Below are positions 46,255 through 51,708 of a DNA stretch of 51,708 bases, one piece after another; position 1 is the stretch's first letter, and every line of letters starts with the position of its first letter. The translations under genes were made by a program, and so were the position numbers. This DNA comes from an uncultured Gammaproteobacteria bacterium (lineage in GTDB: Bacteria; Patescibacteriota; Microgenomatia; CAZETR01; Amesbacteraceae): the NCBI GenBank assembly GCA_964441445.1, contig CAYTYO010000001.1:1-51708 (forward strand), in the 5' to 3' direction. The notes below the pieces were generated by a model that searched no databases, had not been told where the DNA came from, and saw only the letters and a program-made list of their open reading frames with translations.

Positions 46255-46854
46255 TTACCTCTTCCCAAAACTGTTTCGAATGAAGTCTTTGACTTGAGAC
46301 GCTCTGGTTCGCACTTTTTGGGGTAATTCCTCACCATGTCTGATGTCTATTTGTCTTGAATGTTGCCCCAAATCCGTCCGGGGATAGGTTTCTACATATA
46401 TCGCTCCATCTTTGCCAATTCCGATGCCTGTTTTAGCGGCTGTGGTGATTTCTTTTCCTCTGGCTTCAGCCGCCGCCAATTCTTCTGCGGTTGCATGGTC
46501 TATAACTCTTTCAAGAGCTAGTGTGGAGTTTCTATCGCCTTCAAGCACCTCTTTCGCATCTTGGAGGAGGATTTGTAAGGCTCCTAAGAAGGTTTCCCCT
46601 CGATTAGCCATGTTTCCAGGAGGTCCAGCTTTACTTACAGCCTCAGCTACTTCGGTAATTCCAGAGTCTACGAGCTGCCTAACTTGCTCTTTAGTAATTT
46701 CACCAGATGCGCCTGGTCCCAATAGCGATTGTCTGGCTTTTATGTATGCTTGTTCGCTATCAGTGAGAGGGGCTTCTTGTCCCACTTTAATAATACGGAT
46801 CTGGCTTCTTGGCTCTATAAGTATGGGTCTTCTTATTTCTCCTGTATTTTCCAT
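46255..46854 (-). CDS. Hypothetical protein (199 aa) starting 7 nt after the tmRNA 3' end
   Basis: Clean ORF. No motif recognised and no SD. Confidence 0.5.
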   Translation of the reverse strand: MENTGEIRRPILIEPRSQIRIIKVGQEAPLTDSEQAYIKARQSLLGPGASGEITKEQVRQLVDSGITEVAEAVSKAGPPGNMANRGETFLGALQILLQDAKEVLEGDRNSTLALERVIDHATAEELAAAEARGKEITTAAKTGIGIGKDGAIYVETYPRTDLGQHSRQIDIRHGEELPQKVRTRASQVKDFIRNSFGKR

Positions 46855-46861
46855 ATAGTTG

Positions 46862-47262
46862 GGTGGAGATGGAGGGAGTTGAACCCTCGTCTGTATAGAT
46901 TTGAATTCCAGTTGTTACAAGTTTAGTTGAAATAAAGCTTTCAACGGCTTTCGGTTGATTAGTCTTTTCTTTTGTGAAGCCAACCAAAAGTAACTTACCA
47001 AAAGAGCATCCCGATTTGGTTTAACTCCACATAGGTCAACAATCGGAAAAATTGAACCTAAGAGAGCCAGATCGTACCGGCTTAAGCGAATGCCGCGGAA
47101 GGTGCGAACTGGTTGACAGCCATGAACGGATTGATCTTCGCGATCAGACCGTCAAAACGTGCTTTTAAATTAGCACTTTGGTTTGAACTTGTTTTACGAG
47201 TGAATTCAGCCTCGGCTTGCTGGAAATTTCAAAGTACCTACACATCGAAACCCGTCATCCCC
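46862..47262 (-). ncRNA. ssrA: tmRNA (SsrA)
   Basis: The 5' end GGGGATGACGGGTTTCGA pairs with the 3' end CATCTCC-A-CC, giving a G3:U pair. T-arm GAGGGTTCAACTCCCTC. Internal tag frame ...NQFAPSAAFA-TAA, with the stop at 47082-47084. Confidence 0.85.
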
Positions 47263-47326
47263 AATAGCTGTGTATTTTAGCATTTTCGAGCTTAAAAAGC
47301 CAGTTTTACAGGTTTAAGATGGAAGG

Positions 47327-48001
47327 GTGAACCTTGTGGACTTTTTTTACCCCAAAAAATGTTTAGAGTGTGGCCGGACGGGGAGTTACGTGTGTGAGAA
47401 ATGCGAAGTGGGAATGTGGGAGGAAGAACAAAGATGCCCAAGCTGCGGGGGACGGTCTGTAAACGGGGAAAAACACGCCCGGTGTGCGGATTTGGGACTG
47501 GAGGGGGTGGTTAGTTACCTGGCGTTTGAGGGTTTAACAAAGCGAATAATTGAGACGGCAAAAGTCAGGCAATACTTTGACGTATTGGACAGGATAATAC
47601 CTTCAAGACAGGAAATCGAAGCCAGAGCCGATATGGGTAAATTTAGGCAATTTGTGCGGAATAATCCGGTGGTAGTCCCGGTGCCCCTGTGGGTGGGCAC
47701 AGAAAAAAAGAGGGGATTTAATCAAGCAGAGATAATTGCGAAGAAATTGGCGGTGAATTTGGAGCTGAAAAAAGAAAACCTATTGGTGAAGGTAAGGGAC
47801 ACAGGTGAACAGCAAGGAAGAACGAAACAAGAAAGGGCGGATGCCGTAAAGGGAGCGTTTATGATCAAAAACGAGATTAATTTCAAGGCGGTAGTAATCG
47901 TGGATGATGTGTGGGCAACCGGAGCGACTTTGAGAGAATGCGGCACAGTGTTGAAGGCCGCCGGAGTAAACGAGGTGTGGGGATGGACGCTGGCGGGGTA
48001 A
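47327..48001 (+). CDS. comF: ComF-family phosphoribosyltransferase-like protein
   Basis: N-terminal CxxC...CxxC...CPSCG zinc-finger region. PRT motif VVIVDDVWATGATLREC. GTG start. Confidence 0.8.
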   Translation: MNLVDFFYPKKCLECGRTGSYVCEKCEVGMWEEEQRCPSCGGRSVNGEKHARCADLGLEGVVSYLAFEGLTKRIIETAKVRQYFDVLDRIIPSRQEIEARADMGKFRQFVRNNPVVVPVPLWVGTEKKRGFNQAEIIAKKLAVNLELKKENLLVKVRDTGEQQGRTKQERADAVKGAFMIKNEINFKAVVIVDDVWATGATLRECGTVLKAAGVNEVWGWTLAG

Positions 48002-48055
48002 AAAACGAGAGAAGATTCGTATTTGGGATGGGTTTTTGAGAAAATGGGCTGTCTA

Positions 48056-48140
48056 GGAGGATATGCCGATCGGTTAAGGCAATGGTTTGCTAAACCATGA
48101 CGGGGAAACTCGTCGGAGGGTTCGACTCCCTCATCCTCCG
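48056..48140 (+). tRNA. tRNA-Ser (anticodon GCU), class II long variable arm, CCA not encoded
   Basis: Acceptor GGAGGAT/ATCCTCC. Anticodon stem ATGGT/ACCAT with loop TTGCTAA. Variable arm GACG..CGTC. T-arm GAGGG-TTCGACT-CCCTC. Confidence 0.9.
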
Positions 48141-48161
48141 CTAAATACATATAAACCGCTT

Positions 48162-48190
48162 TTGACTTTTAAAATTGCTGGTCATAGAAT
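48162..48190 (+). promoter_or_regulatory. Sigma70-like promoter TTGACT-17 nt-TAGAAT
   Basis: -35 at 48162-48167 and -10 at 48185-48190. The ATG at 48199 lies only 8 nt downstream of the -10 box. Confidence 0.55.
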
Positions 48191-48198
48191 GCAATTTA

Positions 48199-48681
48199 AT
48201 GATTGAGCAAGAACACCCTAATTGGCCGTCATCAGAAGAGGTAGAGGAAGAATTGAAGAATTACCTCAAAGATGCAGAACTGGGATCAGTTCGGAATTTG
48301 GCACTCCGAAATTTCCATAGCGAGCACAGGGCAAGTGAGGGCATCACAAGGGTCATGTCATCCTTATCGGAGGCAAGAAGAGAGAAAAGCGATGAGCAAA
48401 GAGTACAAGAGTTAGAGAGCGATTTACGAATCGCAGAGATGGGATTAGCACTGCTTAAATGGGAAATATCGAAGCGGTGTGATGAAATGAAGGGATATGA
48501 AAAAGCGTACTATCATATTTCTGGAATTTTCGAAGAATTGGGACAATTTATTGAAGCCGAATTGGTAAAAAATAATCCAACAATGTCGGAAGCCGAGCGA
48601 GAATTTCGCATTAATGCGCGATGGGATGAGGTCTTGCAAAACACAGTAGAATTATTGTGGAAAGTCGAAGACAATCCGTAA
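48199..48681 (+). CDS. Hypothetical cytoplasmic protein (160 aa)
   Basis: ORF. I prefer the ATG at 48199 over the track TTG at 48175, which lies inside the promoter spacer. Confidence 0.5.
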   Translation: MIEQEHPNWPSSEEVEEELKNYLKDAELGSVRNLALRNFHSEHRASEGITRVMSSLSEARREKSDEQRVQELESDLRIAEMGLALLKWEISKRCDEMKGYEKAYYHISGIFEELGQFIEAELVKNNPTMSEAEREFRINARWDEVLQNTVELLWKVEDNP

Positions 48682-48734
48682 ATTCCTTTAGGACGTTAAC
48701 GTACTCGCGTCAACGGAAGACAACTTGGGCATAG

Positions 48735-49109
48735 TTATTCGCCATGTCGCTGAACGCTCTCTAATCCCAGATCTTGTAGTGCCTGCTTTTGTTTAAGGGA
48801 CAATGAAGCGTCAATAGTATTTAGATAATCTGTAATTATTGATTTTGATGCGTTATTTAAAGCTGTCTGAATATCCTCGGCTGAAAAGTGGCTTTGAATC
48901 ATTTGTGAAGCTTTTTCAGGGTCAAAGTCAGAAGTTTTAATTTCTTTATACTTCTCCTGCTCTTCCGCGGGTAAACTTTGCACTAAATCCAAAATGGCCT
49001 GGTCTTTTATCAGGTTTAGGAATTCATTTGCTCCCTGTTCTAAATCATCCTGGTAACCAACAATTGAGAGTAGCTTGACTAATAATTTACGATCTGGGTT
49101 ATCGCTCAT
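48735..49109 (-). CDS. Hypothetical acidic protein (124 aa)
   Basis: ORF with a 4-nt overlap (ATGA) with the upstream 67-aa gene. Confidence 0.5.
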   Translation of the reverse strand: MSDNPDRKLLVKLLSIVGYQDDLEQGANEFLNLIKDQAILDLVQSLPAEEQEKYKEIKTSDFDPEKASQMIQSHFSAEDIQTALNNASKSIITDYLNTIDASLSLKQKQALQDLGLESVQRHGE

Positions 49110-49309
49110 TTGTTATCCTTTTGCTTGTCAGAATCTATATTTTTATCCGTCTCTTCAGGTTTTTTACCGGTCTCGAACCACAAGTATGCTGCAGGAACAG
49201 CTATGCCAATCGCGGTCGCAACGCCGAAAATAATCGCCTGTGTGGTATCTCCGTGAGAGATTGCACCTGATACCCGCATGGTTCCAAACACACCATTTCC
49301 CATCAACAT
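49106..49309 (-). CDS. Small membrane protein (67 aa) with charged C-terminal tail
   Basis: Hydrophobic helix IIFGVATAIGIAVPAAYLWF, then KKPEETDKNIDSDKQKDNK. Confidence 0.45.
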   Translation of the reverse strand: MLMGNGVFGTMRVSGAISHGDTTQAIIFGVATAIGIAVPAAYLWFETGKKPEETDKNIDSDKQKDNK

Positions 49310-49345
49310 TAGTGTCGCAATCCGAATATTGTTTTGTTTTTTAAC

Positions 49346-49468
49346 CTAAAAATCTTTGGTTTGTTGAGTAATGGATTTTTCAACTTCTGGCGTAAATAGA
49401 TCTGATGGTTTCTTTTCGTTTCCCGTGTCGGAACCGGGTCTTTTTCCTCCTAAACTGATTTCACCCAT
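49346..49468 (-). CDS. Possible 40-aa hydrophilic ORF (not in the track), leaderless configuration
   Basis: My translation is MGEISLGGKRPGSDTGNEKKPSDLFTPEVEKSITQQTKDF-stop. TATAAT (49480-49475 on the minus strand) lies 6 nt upstream of the ATG. Confidence 0.3.
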   Translation of the reverse strand: MGEISLGGKRPGSDTGNEKKPSDLFTPEVEKSITQQTKDF

Positions 49469-49553
49469 GCCAAGATTATAATACCGAAACGTCATAAATA
49501 TCGAAATGTAATAGTATTCAATGTCTCGTGTTAATGTATGATACAGTTGAGAA

Positions 49554-50054
49554 ATGAAGCAAAAAGGAAAGGTGATTTTACTGATTTTTGCGGCTATTTT
49601 GGTAATTGTGGGGATGGTTTATGTGTTGGTTGTGCGGGGAACGGTGCAAGTTCAACTGGTGCCAGGGGCAAGAACTCTTTATTCGGGATATGTAGAAATT
49701 GAGCCAGTATCAACGGAAGCAATAAAAACAAAATTGGAACAGTTGGGGTGTGGCTTTAATACGTACTCGAAAAGGACAAATGGTGAGTATTGTATGTATG
49801 AAAAAGCAAAAGAACCAGAGAATTTTGGAGAAATTATTAACGTTTATGCAAACGGTCCTACATTTGGTCCGTCAGGGTTTGAAATAGCGGAAGATAGAGT
49901 GTGGGCGGGGAAAGATATTCCAGGACCGCCAAATCCGGAAAAATTTAAGGAAGAAGTAAGACAGGACGTTCAGTTGCTAGACAGCCTGGTAGTGATTAAA
50001 GAAAACTCATGGAAAATAACTGAGATGAAATATCCCTGGACCGTAATTTATTAA
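49554..50054 (+). CDS. Hypothetical N-terminally anchored protein (166 aa)
   Basis: TM VILLIFAAILVIVGMVYVLVV. No motif recognised. Confidence 0.5.
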   Translation: MKQKGKVILLIFAAILVIVGMVYVLVVRGTVQVQLVPGARTLYSGYVEIEPVSTEAIKTKLEQLGCGFNTYSKRTNGEYCMYEKAKEPENFGEIINVYANGPTFGPSGFEIAEDRVWAGKDIPGPPNPEKFKEEVRQDVQLLDSLVVIKENSWKITEMKYPWTVIY

Positions 50055-50068
50055 CCGATTGACATGTG

Positions 50069-50155
50069 CGGAAGGGGCGAGATTCGAACTCGCGGTAGCC
50101 TTTCGACTACAAAGGTTTTCAAGACCTTCGCACTAGACCACTATGCGACCCTTCC
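50069..50155 (-). tRNA. tRNA-Ser (anticodon UGA), class II, CCA not encoded
   Basis: Minus strand GGAAGGG...CCCTTCC-G. Anticodon stem AAGGT/ACCTT with loop CTTGAAA. Variable arm GTAGTC-GAAA-GGCTAC. T-arm GCGAG-TTCGAAT-CTCGC. Confidence 0.9.
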
Positions 50156-50219
50156 TAGTGCGTAAAAATGACTGTTTTTACATTGAAAATTATAACATTC
50201 GGTGTGCTATATTAATCTT

Positions 50220-50729
50220 ATGGCTGAAGATATGGGTATTGAGCAAGAAAAAGTTCTCTTGACCTGGAAGGCAAAATCCCGACCTTTTAACCCCGATCAG
50301 GAGAGGTCCCGTACGGTGTTGATAGTGTTGGGAGTACTGTTAGTGGTGATATTTGCCTTTGCAGGTGAGTGGATGTTAATCACTTTAATGGCGGCGGGAG
50401 CTTTTTATTATTACGCGCAAAACCGGGTGGTCCCGGAGGAAGTAGATTATTCGATAACCAATAAAGGTCTGAAGGCTTTCGGAAGAGTGTATTTATGGTG
50501 GGAAATGAGACGATGGTGGGTAGAGGCAAAGATAAACGAGAACTTATTAGTTTTTGATTTGACGACCGGATTAATGGGGAGAATGTATGTTCCGATGGGA
50601 AATGTAAAACAACCGGAAGTCGAAAAAGTAATGGCAAAGTATTTGATATATGAGAAACCGGCAGAAACAGCTGTGGATAGGATGACGAAGTGGGTGGCGG
50701 AGAAGTTTCCTCTTGAAAACAAAATATAG
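50220..50729 (+). CDS. Hypothetical two-TM membrane protein (169 aa)
   Basis: ORF. I prefer the ATG at 50220, 6 nt after TATATT. Helices VLIVLGVLLVVIFAF and WMLITLMAAGAFYYY. Confidence 0.5.
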   Translation: MAEDMGIEQEKVLLTWKAKSRPFNPDQERSRTVLIVLGVLLVVIFAFAGEWMLITLMAAGAFYYYAQNRVVPEEVDYSITNKGLKAFGRVYLWWEMRRWWVEAKINENLLVFDLTTGLMGRMYVPMGNVKQPEVEKVMAKYLIYEKPAETAVDRMTKWVAEKFPLENKI

Positions 50730-50731
50730 TT

Positions 50732-50806
50732 TGGTGCTCTCTGTGAGAATCGAACTCACATCAGCAGTTCCGGAAACTGCTACTCTATCCATTGAGCTAA
50801 GAGAGC
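50732..50806 (-). tRNA. tRNA-Arg (anticodon CCG), CCA encoded
   Basis: Minus strand GCTCTCT...AGAGAGC-A-CCA. Anticodon stem GCAGT/ACTGC with loop TTCCGGA. T-arm GTGAG-TTCGATT-CTCAC. Confidence 0.9.
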
Positions 50807-50844
50807 GGGGGAGACAGCCAGTGAATTATAGCTTAGCGAAATGG

Positions 50845-51240
50845 CTATTTATTAAGAAAGGTGATGGTGAGCTGGAGAACTGAAGCGAAAGAGACCCAGA
50901 GAAGATAAGGGATTTGGATGTAGGTGATCCATTTGGCGTGTGGGTAAATGACTCTCATGGCCCAGATAAGTGTCGCCAGGACAAGCAAAATATCAAGTGC
51001 GGCCAGGGGGTTGTTTTTAAGGCCAAACTGGATGGGGGTGAAGGCGGCGTTAAAAATCAGATTGAGGATAAAAGGTATAACTACGGGTGTGCCAATTTTT
51101 CTGAGATAGGCAAGGCGAAAAACTGAGCCGAAAGAGATGGCTATCAGCAGATACAGAAACGTCCAAACCGGGCCGAAGAGCCAGGAGGGTGGTGCCCATG
51201 CGGGTTTGATAAGCTGAGAATACCAGGTGTAGCTATTCAT
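50845..51240 (-). CDS. tspO: TspO/MBR-family tryptophan-rich membrane protein
   Basis: Motif WYSQLIKPAWAPPSWLFGPVWTFLY plus five helices. I prefer the start MNSYTWY at 51240. Confidence 0.8.
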   Translation of the reverse strand: MNSYTWYSQLIKPAWAPPSWLFGPVWTFLYLLIAISFGSVFRLAYLRKIGTPVVIPFILNLIFNAAFTPIQFGLKNNPLAALDILLVLATLIWAMRVIYPHAKWITYIQIPYLLWVSFASVLQLTITFLNK

Positions 51241-51332
51241 GCGGCAGTTTTTTGGCTGGCAGTCGTAAGTATAGACCAATTACGCTTATTGCAGTTATAC
51301 CCGGACACTTGTCCGGGTTTAAGTGCGTGATT

Positions 51333-51476
51333 TTATTTTATTAATCCAAGTCCGATTATGCCAACCAGGATTAAATACCCGGCGATGAGATAGTTAAGAA
51401 ATTTCGGAAAAGCAAGAATAAGAATTCCGAAAATTAAAGACGTCAATGGACTTAAATTTGTAAGAGAAAGACTCAT
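51333..51476 (-). CDS. 47-aa two-helix membrane protein (DUF3096-like), not in the ORF track
   Basis: My translation is MSLSLTNLSPLTSLIFGILILAFPKFLNYLIAGYLILVGIIGLGLIK-stop. A strong SD, AAGGAGGTGA, sits 6 nt upstream of the ATG. Confidence 0.6.
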   Translation of the reverse strand: MSLSLTNLSPLTSLIFGILILAFPKFLNYLIAGYLILVGIIGLGLIK

Positions 51477-51510
51477 TTTTTATCACCTCCTTTTTTAGGT
51501 TTTAAGAAAA

Positions 51511-51657
51511 TTAAATTCTTAAACCTAAAACACGAGCAACCAGCACGATGACGGCTATAACTAAGAGTAAGTGGATTAGGCCTCCACCAATTTTGAGGGA
51601 AAAGCCACCCAACCAAGAGATAACCAAAACAATTATTAAAATATCCAATAATCCCAT
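51511..51657 (-). CDS. 48-aa membrane protein (lmo0937-like), not in the ORF track
   Basis: My translation is MGLLDILIIVLVISWLGGFSLKIGGGLIHLLLVIAVIVLVARVLGLRI-stop. SD AAGGGGGTGA lies upstream. Confidence 0.6.
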   Translation of the reverse strand: MGLLDILIIVLVISWLGGFSLKIGGGLIHLLLVIAVIVLVARVLGLRI

Positions 51658-51708
51658 TTCTTTCACCCCCTTTCTAATAAGTCGTTCCCCAAGCGAAATA
51701 AATAAAAA

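Noticed and set aside
46729-46987. Two short ORFs (65 and 66 aa) overlapping the 3' part of the tmRNA
   Set aside because: The region is explained by the ssrA gene.
47722-48150. 142-aa minus-strand ORF
   Set aside because: It overlaps the comF 3' end and the whole tRNA-Ser(GCU) gene, so it is spurious.
51299-51320. Hairpin CCGGAC-ACTT-GTCCGG between the 47-aa gene and tspO as a terminator
   Set aside because: The stem is short and the minus strand lacks a trailing T-tract. At best it is a weak or bidirectional element.

Overview
The window looks like a piece of a small, streamlined bacterial chromosome. The gene content resembles Patescibacteria/CPR, but that is an inference and not a database result. 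Three parts stand out. (1) 1-20.6 kb is housekeeping: groES-groEL, gmd, the t6A genes (a tsaC-tsaE fusion plus tsaD), rplY and rnhA. It also holds the classic origin neighbourhood, jag-yidC-yidD-rnpA-rpmH on the minus strand facing dnaA-dnaN on the plus strand, with DnaA boxes in both flanking intergenic regions. (2) 20.6-40.5 kb is a type-IV-secretion-like (T4SS-like) locus encoded almost entirely on the minus strand. It has a CHAP-like wall hydrolase, a VirB4-family ATPase preceded by a separate VirB4-N-terminal-like ORF, and a PrgI/VirB3-like protein with an added C-terminal domain. It also has a polytopic VirB6-like protein, a 1111-aa secreted Cys-rich protein, and 12 tandem VirB2/TrbC-like pilin paralogs, three of which carry Cys-rich extensions. 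A 1126-aa highly charged orphan on the opposite strand splits the locus. No coupling protein, VirB11, relaxase or integrase is visible. This is the most interesting system in the window. (3) 40.5-51.7 kb holds a SpoIID-like protein, membrane and sensor-like proteins, smpB, ssrA (tmRNA), comF and three complete tRNAs. It also holds several orphan small genes, TspO and two tiny membrane proteins. Several genes have a -10 box 6-8 nt from the start codon with no Shine-Dalgarno sequence, which suggests leaderless mRNAs. No CRISPR array, transposase or rRNA was seen. All domain calls come from reading motifs by eye and need HMM confirmation.
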